From NCBI GenBank assembly GCA_944389965.1, contig CALXOI010000001.1:1-57175 (forward strand): a DNA stretch of 57,175 nt, read 5' to 3'. The notes beneath the pieces were generated by a model. It was given only the letters and a program-made list of their open reading frames with translations, was not told the origin of the DNA and searched no databases. A program made the translations under genes and the position numbers. This DNA comes from an uncultured Treponema sp. Its GTDB lineage: Bacteria; Spirochaetota; Spirochaetia; Treponematales; Treponemataceae. This document shows positions 1 through 9,932 of the stretch, piece by piece. The first letter of the stretch is position 1. Each line of letters opens with the position of its first letter.

Positions 1-14
1 GGTATTCTTTTTTT

Positions 15-896
15 ATGAAAATATCAGAAATGTTGAAGTCGGGAAAACCGACGTTATCTTTTGAGGTTTTTCCGCCGAAAACGGATTCTGCGTATGAGTC
101 TGTAGAACAGGCGGTAACGGAAATCGCTGCTTTGCATCCCCATTTTATGAGTGTTACGTATGGTGCCGGAGGTGGAACGAGCAGTTATACCGCGGCTATC
201 GCTGCCGGAATCCAGCAGAAATACTCTGTGCCTGCACTGGCTCATATTACCTGTGTTTCTTCGACAAAAGAAGCGGTAGAAGCCCAGCTTTTGCGTTTGA
301 AAGATGCCGGGATTGAAAATGTATTGGCTCTCAGAGGTGATATTCCTGAAGGTTTGGATAATTCTATGGCTGCATTCCGGTATGCCAGTGAGCTGGCTGC
401 AGAAATAAAAAAAAGCGGGGATTTTTGTGTTGGCGGTGCCTGTTATCCGGAAGGACACCCGGAATCAGCCAATTCCCGGGAAGATATTCTGAATGTTAAG
501 AAGAAAGTTGATGCCGGCTGTGAATTTCTGACGACACAAATGTTTTTTGATAATAATATTCTATATAATTATTTGTATAAGATACGGGAGCAGGGTATTA
601 CCGTCCCTGTTGTTGCAGGTATTATGCCGGTTACTAACGGCCGGCAGATTGCCCGTATCTGCCGGTTGTCGGGTACATATTTGCCGGCGCGGTTTAAAGC
701 AATTGTGGACAGGTTTGGGGATGATCCGCCGGCGATGATGCAGGCCGGCATTGCCTATGCAACGGAACAGATTATTGATCTTCTTGCTAACGGAGTGCAG
801 GCGATTCACGTATATTCTATGAACAAACCGGAAGTTGCCCGTCAGATACAGCAGAATTTATCCCGGATTATCAGTAGTTCCGGCAGCAAATCGTGA
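15..896 (+). CDS. metF: 5,10-methylenetetrahydrofolate reductase
   Basis: Motifs SFEVFPPK, SVTYGAGG, AHITC, LALRGD, CYPEGHP, TQMFFD, VAGIMP. Confidence 0.95.
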   Translation: MKISEMLKSGKPTLSFEVFPPKTDSAYESVEQAVTEIAALHPHFMSVTYGAGGGTSSYTAAIAAGIQQKYSVPALAHITCVSSTKEAVEAQLLRLKDAGIENVLALRGDIPEGLDNSMAAFRYASELAAEIKKSGDFCVGGACYPEGHPESANSREDILNVKKKVDAGCEFLTTQMFFDNNILYNYLYKIREQGITVPVVAGIMPVTNGRQIARICRLSGTYLPARFKAIVDRFGDDPPAMMQAGIAYATEQIIDLLANGVQAIHVYSMNKPEVARQIQQNLSRIISSSGSKS

Positions 897-1543
897 TTCA
901 GGATTTTACCGTATATGAATATCACTGCGGGGCGGCAGAGCTAGTCCCAGATATCGGTGAAGTGTACCGGTATCTGGGATTATCTCAATCTGCCCGTAGC
1001 CGGTTGGAACTGTTGCCGCCGGAAACACCGGCTTTAATCGAAGATTGTATTCGGGAACTGCAACCGCTGCTGGGAGCCCGGAGTGTATATGCCTGTTTCC
1101 CATTGGTAACCGGCTCGCTGCAGGAACCGTCAGTAATGTTTGCCGGATACCGCATTTCCGGTACCTATCTGTTCCGGAATCTTCAGGGCTGCACCAGGGT
1201 TATTCTGCTTGCTGCAACTGTGGGCGCCCGGGTTGATGCCTGTATCAGACGGTATATAAAACGGGATGCTGCCAGGGCGGCGGTTTTGCAGGCTGCCGGT
1301 GCTATGTTCACCGAAACTTTTGTTGATGTTCTAAATCAGAATATCGCCCGGCAGGCTGCTGCGGACGGGTGGCAGGTGAACCCGCGGTATAGTCCAGGGT
1401 ACGGAGATGTTCCATTGGATACCCAACGGATTTTTTTTTCACTGTTACCTTGTACTTCAAAGATAGGGTTGACACTTACCGACTCGCTTGTTATGGCCCC
1501 CGAAAAATCTGTCACAGCATTTATTGGTATGAGACGGATGTAA
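893..1543 (+). CDS. Stand-alone B12-dependent methionine synthase activation (SAM-binding) domain protein
   Basis: RYSPGYGD and LT.S.VM.PEKSVTAFIG motifs; GTGA overlap with metF stop. Confidence 0.85.
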   Translation: MIQDFTVYEYHCGAAELVPDIGEVYRYLGLSQSARSRLELLPPETPALIEDCIRELQPLLGARSVYACFPLVTGSLQEPSVMFAGYRISGTYLFRNLQGCTRVILLAATVGARVDACIRRYIKRDAARAAVLQAAGAMFTETFVDVLNQNIARQAAADGWQVNPRYSPGYGDVPLDTQRIFFSLLPCTSKIGLTLTDSLVMAPEKSVTAFIGMRRM

Positions 1544-1574
1544 CCGGCAGCCAGTCGGATCTTCTGCCCGGGGG

Positions 1575-1994
1575 TCACAACAGTGATTCCACGATATTCT
1601 TTGCTGCTTTCATATCCATGCCCGGAATAGATTTTAACCGGGGCATAATCGTTTTTAAATTCCGCTGGTCTTCCGGCAGTTCTCCGATAATAGTGCGGAC
1701 GGCTGTTTCCATTTGTTCCGGGGATAAAGATTCCGGTACAAATTCTTTCAGTACTTCTCGTTCCGCTTCCAATTGGGCCGTGTCTGCGCCACCTTTTTTG
1801 TATTCAGCAATAGTTGCTTCTGTCTGGTCATACATTTTTTTTGCAGCTCGGGCAATATCGTCTTCTGTTTCTTCCCGGTTAAGTTCACGGATTGATTTTT
1901 GTACCGTATCTATGAGCATTCCCAGTACGGCTGCGCGGATAGGGTTTGTTTTACGGATATTCATCCGTTCTTTAAATAAATCTTTTGTTGTCAT
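1575..1994 (-). CDS. GatB/YqeY domain protein
   Basis: Helical pattern EYKKGG..TAQLEAEREVLKEFVPESLS typical of YqeY. Confidence 0.8.
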   Translation of the reverse strand: MTTKDLFKERMNIRKTNPIRAAVLGMLIDTVQKSIRELNREETEDDIARAAKKMYDQTEATIAEYKKGGADTAQLEAEREVLKEFVPESLSPEQMETAVRTIIGELPEDQRNLKTIMPRLKSIPGMDMKAAKNIVESLL

Positions 1995-2051
1995 AAAAGC
2001 CTCTTTAGGGTTATCTTATCAGTAACAGATGCATCATGCAACATAGGAGGT

Positions 2052-2576
2052 ATGAATATGAATGAAGTAATTAAAACAATTCTGGAGCGGCGTTCCTGCC
2101 GTAGTTTTACAGGTGAATCAGTTCCGGTAGAAACCGTACAGACAATTCTTGACTGTGCGCTTGCGGCACCCAGCGGGATGGGGCAACAGACATGGAAATT
2201 TACTGCTGTTATGAACCGGGATAAAATCCAACAGCTGGCAGCTGTTGTTGCGGAAGCACTGGGGCGTGGTGCAGATTATACAATGTACCAGCCTGATGTC
2301 TTGATTATAACTTCTAATGAAAAAGATTCTAAATTCCGGGAAGTGGATAATGCCTGTGCTATGGAAAATATTTATCTTGCCTGCGAAGCGTTTGGTTTGG
2401 GATGTGTATGGATTAACCAATTGAAGGATTGTTTTGATGCGCCTGCGGTTCGCCGTATGTTGGATAGTTTTGGTATTCCTGCTAGCCATGGTGTGTATGG
2501 GTGTGCAGCAATTGGGTATCGAGCTTCTCCGGCAGGCACAAAGGATATAAAAGGCACTTCTTGCATTGTACAATAG
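2052..2576 (+). CDS. Nitroreductase family protein
   Basis: RRSCRSF, APSGMGQQTWKF, ENIYLACEAFGLGCVWI; AGGAGG RBS. Confidence 0.9.
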   Translation: MNMNEVIKTILERRSCRSFTGESVPVETVQTILDCALAAPSGMGQQTWKFTAVMNRDKIQQLAAVVAEALGRGADYTMYQPDVLIITSNEKDSKFREVDNACAMENIYLACEAFGLGCVWINQLKDCFDAPAVRRMLDSFGIPASHGVYGCAAIGYRASPAGTKDIKGTSCIVQ

Positions 2577-2849
2577 TATAGAACAGATTGTAGAAAATTC
2601 CTGCATATAATCTGGTATTGTTGGTTATATACTAATGCAGGGTTATCCGGGTGCTAAGGAATAACTGTTCAAAGCTATACAGTGTAATGATATGTCGCGG
2701 TATTTTGGCGGATTATGTGTTTTGTATCTTGTTCCGGTTTCAGGATCGAGAGGTTGTGGAGCAATGTAAAACAAGGATCAGAATATTTACCGGCAAGTTC
2801 TCCGGGTTTGCTGGCAAATGAACGACGTCTTATACTGGAAAAAATAGAT

Positions 2850-2890
2850 CCGCTGCAAATCTCCGGTTCTATACCGGAGATTTGCAGCGG
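2850..2890. terminator. 18-bp perfect-stem hairpin between convergent genes, probable terminator of the nan operon
   Basis: CCGCTGCAAATCTCCGGT-TCTAT-ACCGGAGATTTGCAGCGG; T-run shortly after on the minus strand. Confidence 0.75.
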
Positions 2891-2911
2891 GTTGTATCAT
2901 TTACTTCACAT

Positions 2912-3820
2912 TTAACAGTATTTTTTGATGGCAGCAGTAATCATTTCAGCTGATTCTGTAACAATTTTGCTGTCTTCAGGATAGAGTGCCGGCAACGGAC
3001 TTCGTACACTACCCAGCTCAAGACCTTCTCTTAGTTTCAGGATTGCTTTCATAACTGCATACAAATTACCTTTTGCTTCGCACATTTTGAAAATGATGCG
3101 GTTTATGTCCATTTGCAATCCTGTTGCAGTCTGGATGTCGCCGTTCCGTACACAGGCATATGCTTTAAGAAATAATTCCGGCATAACGGCATAGGTTCCA
3201 CCGATTCCGCCGTCTGCACCGATTATCAGACCTGCAACAAACTGCTCATCAGGACCGTTAAATACCGTAAAATTTTCACCCCCATGCATTTTAAATACCT
3301 GAATATCCATCGTTGGCATGGAAGAATTTTTTACCGCGGCAACATTTGGATTTTTTAGCATTTCTTTAAGTAGCGGAACGGACAATGCGACTCCGGCTAA
3401 TTGTGGAATGTTGTAAATTACAAAATCTGTATGCGGAGCAGCATTGCTGATTGCATTCCAATAGTCCCGGATTGCATAATCCGGCAGGTGGAAATAAATC
3501 GGAGGAATTGATGCGATTGCATCAACTCCGACAGATTCCGCATGGCGGGCAAGTTCTATGCTGTCTTTAGTATTATTGCATGCGACATGAGCGATAATTC
3601 TAAGTTTCCCTTTTACAGCTTCCATTACAGCCTCAAGGGTTTTCTTCCGTTCGTCGACATTCTGATAAATACATTCCCCGGAAGACCCGCAGACATATAA
3701 TCCTTGGACACCTTTATCTGCAAGATATTTTGCAAATATTTTTGTTCGGTTACTATCAATTTCTCCGACTTCATCATAACAGGCATAAAACGCCGGGATA
3801 ACACCGTAATATTTTTTCAT
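2912..3820 (-). CDS. nanA: N-acetylneuraminate lyase (DHDPS family)
   Basis: GVIPAFYACYD N-terminus, GSSGE, YNIPQLAG, catalytic VKNSS, GGIGGTY; clustered with yhcH and AGE epimerase. Confidence 0.8.
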   Translation of the reverse strand: MKKYYGVIPAFYACYDEVGEIDSNRTKIFAKYLADKGVQGLYVCGSSGECIYQNVDERKKTLEAVMEAVKGKLRIIAHVACNNTKDSIELARHAESVGVDAIASIPPIYFHLPDYAIRDYWNAISNAAPHTDFVIYNIPQLAGVALSVPLLKEMLKNPNVAAVKNSSMPTMDIQVFKMHGGENFTVFNGPDEQFVAGLIIGADGGIGGTYAVMPELFLKAYACVRNGDIQTATGLQMDINRIIFKMCEAKGNLYAVMKAILKLREGLELGSVRSPLPALYPEDSKIVTESAEMITAAIKKYC

Positions 3821-3833
3821 GTAAAAACCTCCC

Positions 3834-4655
3834 TTAACCTTTTACTGCTCCCATGGTAATTCCGTTAGTAAAGTATTTCTGGAATGCAATAAAGATAGCA
3901 ACAATTGGAACTGCACCAAGTGCGGCACCAGCCATAATAAGACCGTAGTCTGTTGCCATTTCAGCTTGCAGGGTTGCGACACCGACGCTGATGGTAAAAT
4001 TAGTTCTAGACACAAGCATAATCAACTGCAGGAAATAATCATTCCAGGTACTGATAAAAGTAAAGATTGCTAGTGCACCAAATGCTGGTTTGATAATTGG
4101 ACAAACAATTTCCACGAATGTCCTAGCTTCTCCTGCACCGTCAATTCGTGCTGCTTCTAGGATTTCTGCCGGAAGTGTTTCCGAAAACTGTTTCATCAAA
4201 AATACACCGAACGGCCATCCAACAGCTGGCAGAATTACTGCCCAGGGTGTATTGTATAATTTAATAAAATCCATGATACGGACTAATGGAACCAGAACAA
4301 CCTGTTTTGGCAATGCCATGGCGCAAATTAGTATGGTAAATATAATCTTTCTTCCGGTAAAATGTTTTTTTGCCAGAACATATCCTGCCATGCTGGCTGT
4401 AATCAGAACAAGAATCATTGATGCAAGGGACATAAAAACGCTGTTTGCAAACCAACGTAGAGCCGGTTGTCTGAACAGCTTTTCAAAATTCGCCATGGTC
4501 GGGTTCATAGGGAACCATTCCGGGGGAATTTGTATAGCAACTTTTTGGAGTTTGAATGCACCGGTTATAATCCAGTAGAAGGGAAATATAAAGGTGATGC
4601 TAATAGCTATCAGCAGAATCATGCTGAGTGTCGAGCTTGTTTTCTTAATTTCCAT
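3834..4655 (-). CDS. Carbohydrate ABC transporter permease (MalG-like)
   Basis: EAARIDGA motif, multiple TM segments, GITMGAVKG C-terminus. Confidence 0.92.
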   Translation of the reverse strand: MEIKKTSSTLSMILLIAISITFIFPFYWIITGAFKLQKVAIQIPPEWFPMNPTMANFEKLFRQPALRWFANSVFMSLASMILVLITASMAGYVLAKKHFTGRKIIFTILICAMALPKQVVLVPLVRIMDFIKLYNTPWAVILPAVGWPFGVFLMKQFSETLPAEILEAARIDGAGEARTFVEIVCPIIKPAFGALAIFTFISTWNDYFLQLIMLVSRTNFTISVGVATLQAEMATDYGLIMAGAALGAVPIVAIFIAFQKYFTNGITMGAVKG

Positions 4656-4666
4656 AAATCATCCCC

Positions 4667-5578
4667 TTAATAATCCATATCATTTTTCATTACTTTGAAT
4701 TGTAATGCGGAGAATAATGCAATGATCAGTGCCAGAATAACACCCATTGCATTTGCGTATCCATACCGGTACAAACTAAATGCATTCTGATACAAATAAT
4801 ACATAACGGTATTTGTACTATTTACAGGACCACCCGAAGTTAACAGCTGAATCAAAGCAAAGCACTGGAAACTATTAATAGTGGTAATAACAACAATATA
4901 TAATGTAGTAGGCATAATTGCCGGCCACTTAATCTGCCAGAAAATACGGAGCGGAGTTGCACCGTCAACTTCGGCAGCTTCTGTCAATGATTTGTCTACA
5001 TTGCCTAACGCAGCAATATACAGGACGATTGGTTGTCCGATACTTGTGGTAAACAGAATAGTGAGAATACACCAGATTGCAGTATCTGTGGACCCCAGCC
5101 AGTCGACATTTGTATCGGTAAAGTGAAGGGTTGTGCAGATGTAATTCAAGATACCGGCATATTTATTAAAAATCCACTTCCATACAACAACAACAGCGAC
5201 AGAGCCGGTAACTACCGGCAGATAAAATACGCCTCTAAAAAAACTGGTGACACCGGATGGTTTTTCATAGATGACAGTTGCAACCCATAACGAAAAGAGC
5301 GTTACCAGAGGTACGGAGCCGATAACGATAATAAAAGTATTCCATAATGCCCGCTGGAATACGGTGTCTTTAAATAGTTCCAGATAGTTTTGAATACCGA
5401 TAAATGAAAAATCATTCATGGTATAGTTAAACAAACTGGTTACAATTCCCATTCCCATCGGAAGCAACACAAATCCGACAAAAAACAGCAACATGGGGGC
5501 TAAGAAAATATAAGATACAATGTTCTGTTGTCTTTGTATGGCATGGGAGATTCCGTATTTGTTGGTACCTGTTTTCAT
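4667..5578 (-). CDS. Carbohydrate ABC transporter permease (MalF-like)
   Basis: EAAEVDGA motif, F.GIQNY, LTSGGP, TM segments. Confidence 0.92.
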   Translation of the reverse strand: MKTGTNKYGISHAIQRQQNIVSYIFLAPMLLFFVGFVLLPMGMGIVTSLFNYTMNDFSFIGIQNYLELFKDTVFQRALWNTFIIVIGSVPLVTLFSLWVATVIYEKPSGVTSFFRGVFYLPVVTGSVAVVVVWKWIFNKYAGILNYICTTLHFTDTNVDWLGSTDTAIWCILTILFTTSIGQPIVLYIAALGNVDKSLTEAAEVDGATPLRIFWQIKWPAIMPTTLYIVVITTINSFQCFALIQLLTSGGPVNSTNTVMYYLYQNAFSLYRYGYANAMGVILALIIALFSALQFKVMKNDMDY

Positions 5579-5669
5579 AGAGATATCTCCTGTTTTCTAA
5601 CGTCTAACGTTTGTACAAAAATGCCGCACCCTTCGGATGCGGCTCCAAAGCTTTGTACGTAAGCTCTGT

Positions 5670-6944
5670 TTATTTTATGGCTGCGGTTGATTTCGTAGCA
5701 CAGTCTTTTGCGGCGGTTGTAACATCAGTTGTTCCGGTCAGGATTTTCTGAAGCATATTCCACCATTCGGTACGCATTTCGCTGAATCCTTTCATAGTGT
5801 TGTAATACGGACCGTAGTACTGTGTCCAAGATGACAACAGTGCATATTCAGGATTACCCGGATACAGATCACCAAAAGAAGATCTTACAGGGAATGCACC
5901 GGATGCAACAACGGATTTGGGTCCCCATACAGAATCGTCACAGATGAAAGCAATCAGTTTTTTTGCTGCTTCAGCTTTTTTGGCATCTTTGTTATCAAAT
6001 ACACAGAATCCGTTTACCAGATATTCGAGAGAGGGTTTTCCGTCATCTGACGGGAACGGCAGACTCAACTGGGTAAAGGTATCTGTTGCATAGTTGATAG
6101 CATTACTGGTTCCCCAGCAGATTGAAGAACCAAGGATTCCCTGCTGATACAGCTGTAATTCATCGGCTGCTACAATAGAGATACCTTTATCAACTGCACC
6201 AGTGTCTGCATATTTTTTCAGCAGTTCAAGAGCTTTGATATTTTCGGCACTGTCCATTGTATAGGCTGTCATTGCTGCATTTGCCATTGTTCCGCTGTAC
6301 AGGTTTGTTACCAGAGCTCTTGTTCCCTGGTCTCCACCCTGTCCACCGCAATAAACAGAAATTGCGGGTTTTCCGGCTTTGGCAAAAGCATCAAGTGCTT
6401 TGATAAAATTATCAGTTGTCCAAGCTCTGTCACCTTCCAGGTTTACATACTGCAGGGCACCAACTTCTTCCCACATCTCTTTGTTGATTGACATACAGAA
6501 TGGGGAAACAGAAACAGGGTACATCCAGTATGTTGTTCCGTCTGAACATGATGACAACAATGCATCATTTCCAACGTCCGCTTTGTATGCTGCGGTAAAC
6601 ATATCATCCAAAGCTACCAGTTTTCCGTTACGTCCGTATTCAATGATACGGCCGGGTGCGTCAAACAGAACATCAGGTGCAGTACCACCTTCAATAGCTG
6701 CAGTTATTTTATCCGGACCGGAAGTAAAATCGATTGTTTCCAGTTTGACTTTGATACCGGGATTGGCGGCTTCAAATGCTGCGATAACTTGTTTTTCGTA
6801 TACCGCTTCATTTCCAAAAGTAGGGAATGCCCACCAAGTAATAGTTGTTACATTCGGGTCGGTCGCTTTTTCAGAAGAACCACCGGCGAAGATCATCCCT
6901 GCTGCCAGCAGGAATACACATGCAAGGGCACATGCTTTTTTCAT
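5670..6944 (-). CDS. Sugar ABC transporter substrate-binding protein, probably for sialic acid
   Basis: MKK...IFAGG spirochete-type signal; ITWWAFP, FEAANPGIKVKLETIDF, PDVLFDAPGRI; nan context. Confidence 0.85.
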   Translation of the reverse strand: MKKACALACVFLLAAGMIFAGGSSEKATDPNVTTITWWAFPTFGNEAVYEKQVIAAFEAANPGIKVKLETIDFTSGPDKITAAIEGGTAPDVLFDAPGRIIEYGRNGKLVALDDMFTAAYKADVGNDALLSSCSDGTTYWMYPVSVSPFCMSINKEMWEEVGALQYVNLEGDRAWTTDNFIKALDAFAKAGKPAISVYCGGQGGDQGTRALVTNLYSGTMANAAMTAYTMDSAENIKALELLKKYADTGAVDKGISIVAADELQLYQQGILGSSICWGTSNAINYATDTFTQLSLPFPSDDGKPSLEYLVNGFCVFDNKDAKKAEAAKKLIAFICDDSVWGPKSVVASGAFPVRSSFGDLYPGNPEYALLSSWTQYYGPYYNTMKGFSEMRTEWWNMLQKILTGTTDVTTAAKDCATKSTAAIK

Positions 6945-6993
6945 AGATTTCTCCTTTGATAGAATTAAGTTGAAATATTTGTAGAAACATATA

Positions 6994-7035
6994 ACAACTC
7001 TATACTTGTATACTAGTATACAAGTATAGAGTTGT
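6994..7035. promoter_or_regulatory. Perfect 42-bp palindromic operator with tandem GTATAC boxes, overlapping the minus-strand promoter of the ABC/nanA operon
   Basis: ACAACTCTATACTTGTATACT|AGTATACAAGTATAGAGTTGT; minus-strand TTGACA at 7037-7032; adjacent divergent GntR. Confidence 0.8.
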
Positions 7036-7125
7036 CAAGAAAAAAATCCTGATTTTATGGCAATGCGTAAAAAAAAATCATCATTGACAGGACAGGTAAA
7101 ATCCGATAGCTTTAATTAAGTAATT

Positions 7126-7815
7126 ATGAGCAAACTGACTGTATCCCACGAATATGTATATACTCAAATCCGGCAAAATATTCGTCTTGGCAAATATGAA
7201 AGTGGTAGCAAATTGTCGGAAAACAAGCTTGCCAAAGAATTCAATTGTTCCCGGGTTCCGGTACGGGAAGCATTTCTACGGCTTCAACAGGAAGGTTTGG
7301 TAACAATTTATCCTCAGTCGGGAACATATGTACGCACCTATACATTGGAAGATTATCGGAATGCCATTGAAATCAGGGCTTATTTAGAATCCCTCGCCGT
7401 TTCTCTCGTCATAGAGCGAGATGTTTCTGTTGATTCTTTGGAACGGGAATATCTTATGATGCAGCAAGTGATAGAAAGTCCGGAATTTGATTTGCATTTG
7501 TTTGGAGAGCATCATTATAATTTTCACCGGCAACTGGTTATTTTGTCAGGTAATTCACTGTTACTGGAAATTTATGATCGGCTGCATTTTCATGCTATCC
7601 AGCAGATTTTTTTCAGACCGATGACACGGGAAGAGCTTTTGCTGACCCATCAGGAACACCGGATGCTGATAGATTACATCATCAACAAAGACAGCCAGGG
7701 ACCGCAGTTTGCTGTCCGCCATTTGTGGGACCGTAAACGGGCAACATTGGCGCAGCTGGAAACAGAACAGCAGGGATTCGCATATCCGCCTGTTTCTGAA
7801 AGTACGGTTATCTGA
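7126..7815 (+). CDS. GntR (FadR/FCD subfamily) transcriptional regulator
   Basis: LSENKLAKEFNCSRVPVREAFLRLQQEGLV wHTH; FH..L..LSGN and EH motifs of the FCD domain. Confidence 0.93.
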   Translation: MSKLTVSHEYVYTQIRQNIRLGKYESGSKLSENKLAKEFNCSRVPVREAFLRLQQEGLVTIYPQSGTYVRTYTLEDYRNAIEIRAYLESLAVSLVIERDVSVDSLEREYLMMQQVIESPEFDLHLFGEHHYNFHRQLVILSGNSLLLEIYDRLHFHAIQQIFFRPMTREELLLTHQEHRMLIDYIINKDSQGPQFAVRHLWDRKRATLAQLETEQQGFAYPPVSESTVI

Positions 7816-8044
7816 TTTTTTAGTATTTTGCGGGGCATGCCGATTTTTCCGCTTAAAGGGTTACATCTTTTACCGCCACTATTGCCGCTACCGCCACGGC
7901 TGATTTTGTATTTACTGTAATTATCACCTCTGCTTTTTGGAATAATTAAAAAAATGTCCGTCAACGGGATTCAATATTAGAAAACAGTCTCGATTTTTCT
8001 TGACTTTCCTGTACTCTGGATTTAAGCTGAAACGGAGGTTGTTT

Positions 8045-8503
8045 ATGATTTACGATACAATAGACCGGCTGGATATTTATAGTGCATCAATTCCGGATTT
8101 AGAGCCGGTAATTTCAGAGCTTACAAAGTTGGATTTGGATACAGTTTCTGACGGAACATACTATACTTCGCAGCGGCATATAAAATATATGGTTCAATCA
8201 TACCAGACTGTTGCCCAAAAAGATTATGAAATCCATAAAAAATTTATTGATATACAAATGGTGATTTCAGGCAGGGAATATATTGATTGTGCCGCATATA
8301 CGGGGAATTATCCGGAATCGTTTAACGAATCCACCGATTTTGGCGCTCTTTCTGCTGAAAAACAGTTGCGGGCGGCGTTGGAACGGGGTGTTTTTGCATT
8401 GGTATTTCCCGGTGAACCGCACTGTCCCGGATTATCTGTCACCGGTGCATCGGAGTCAGCCCGGAAAATTGTATTTAAATTGCCTTGGCCGGCGGAATCG
8501 TAA
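8045..8503 (+). CDS. YhcH/YjgK/YiaL family protein
   Basis: MIYDTI start after GGAGG; EIHKKFIDIQ, FPGEPH.PG, RKIVFK. Confidence 0.9.
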   Translation: MIYDTIDRLDIYSASIPDLEPVISELTKLDLDTVSDGTYYTSQRHIKYMVQSYQTVAQKDYEIHKKFIDIQMVISGREYIDCAAYTGNYPESFNESTDFGALSAEKQLRAALERGVFALVFPGEPHCPGLSVTGASESARKIVFKLPWPAES

Positions 8504-8550
8504 TAAAAAGACAGAAAATATAACTAGATCCATTTAGGAGGAAAATATAC

Positions 8551-9738
8551 ATGGAAACATTGCAGCAAATCAGAGAGCGGTATTACACGGAATTGACAGA
8601 AAATATTCTGCCGTTCTGGTTAAAATACGGTTTGGACCGGAAAAACGGAGGTATTTATACAGCCCTTGACCGGGACGGATCTCTTTTGGAAACGGATAAA
8701 TCTGTCTGGTTTCAGGGCCGCGCATTATGGATATTCAGTAAGGCATATTCTTCCGTAGAAAAAAAACCGGAATATCTTGAAGCGGCTGATACAATCGTAA
8801 AATTTCTTGATGCCCATTGTTTTGATACAGACGGCCGGATGTTTTTTAGAGTAACGGCGGACGGAAAAGGCGTAATTAAGCGGATACGGTATTTTTTCAG
8901 TGAAACGTTTGCAATTATTGGATACGCTGCGTATGCTGTGGCCAGTGGTAAAACCGAATACCGGGATAAAGCATTGAAGTTGTTTGAATTTGTGGAAAAA
9001 ATCCGTTCCCAGCCCGGCGTTCTTGTTCCTAAGTTTTCTCCGGAAACCCGCAGTACACGGGCATTTGCAGGACCAATGATTCTGCTCAACGTTTTGGCTG
9101 AACTCCGACCTGTCTTCCCGGAAAAAGAGGCGTGGATATGCACATCCATCAAAAGATTATTAGAGGAAATTGAAACGTACTTTATCCGTCCTGATTTAAA
9201 AGTTGTACTGGAAGAATGTGGTACCGACGGAGAATTTTTAAAAGACCATTTTGAAGGCAGGCTGCTGAATCCTGGGCATTCTATTGAAGGGGCTTGGTTT
9301 ATTATGAATGAAGGTATTCTTAGTCAGAATACCCATTTTATCCAGCAGGGATTAACAATGCTTGACTGGATGTTTGAAAAGGGCTGGGATGAAGAGTACG
9401 GAGGGGGTATTATTCAGTACCGGGATGCTCTGGGAAAAAGCTTGTCGGAGTATCATCAGGATATGAAATTCTGGTGGCCTCAGTGTGAAGCGGCGATTGC
9501 AACCCTTATGGCGTATACCGTTACCGGTAAAGATGCCTATCTGAAAAAATTCTATATGGTAGATAAGTATATCACGGAACATTTCCTGGATAAGGAGTTC
9601 GGGGAATGGTTTGGTTACCTTCACCGGGACGGTACGCTTGCTACACCGATAAAAGGAAACTTGTATAAAGGTCCGTTCCATATTCCCCGGATGTATATGA
9701 AGTGTATTCAACTTATTGATAATATAGCAGATTTTTAA
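8551..9738 (+). CDS. N-acylglucosamine 2-epimerase (AGE family)
   Basis: ILPFW, DKSVWFQGR, NPGHSIEGAWF, KFWWPQCEA, GEWFGYL.RDG, KGPFHIPR. Confidence 0.92.
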   Translation: METLQQIRERYYTELTENILPFWLKYGLDRKNGGIYTALDRDGSLLETDKSVWFQGRALWIFSKAYSSVEKKPEYLEAADTIVKFLDAHCFDTDGRMFFRVTADGKGVIKRIRYFFSETFAIIGYAAYAVASGKTEYRDKALKLFEFVEKIRSQPGVLVPKFSPETRSTRAFAGPMILLNVLAELRPVFPEKEAWICTSIKRLLEEIETYFIRPDLKVVLEECGTDGEFLKDHFEGRLLNPGHSIEGAWFIMNEGILSQNTHFIQQGLTMLDWMFEKGWDEEYGGGIIQYRDALGKSLSEYHQDMKFWWPQCEAAIATLMAYTVTGKDAYLKKFYMVDKYITEHFLDKEFGEWFGYLHRDGTLATPIKGNLYKGPFHIPRMYMKCIQLIDNIADF

Positions 9739-9859
9739 TCTGCTGGCTGGAAATCCTTGTCTGGAGCTGTAAAACGGCAGTTCCAGACCGTTTTATTCAT
9801 TAACAGAGTCTGTTTTGTAGCAGACTCCTTGATGTATCTGTATTTCCGGATAACAGGGG

Positions 9860-9886
9860 CCGTCCGGTACTTGCAGTACCGGACGG
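9860..9886. terminator. GC-rich hairpin between convergent genes
   Basis: CCGTCCGGTACT-TGC-AGTACCGGACGG inverted repeat; weak U-tail. Confidence 0.5.
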
Positions 9887-9932
9887 AAGTGTTTCTGCCA
9901 TCACTTTATGCTGCTTTCACAGTGTGATGGAA

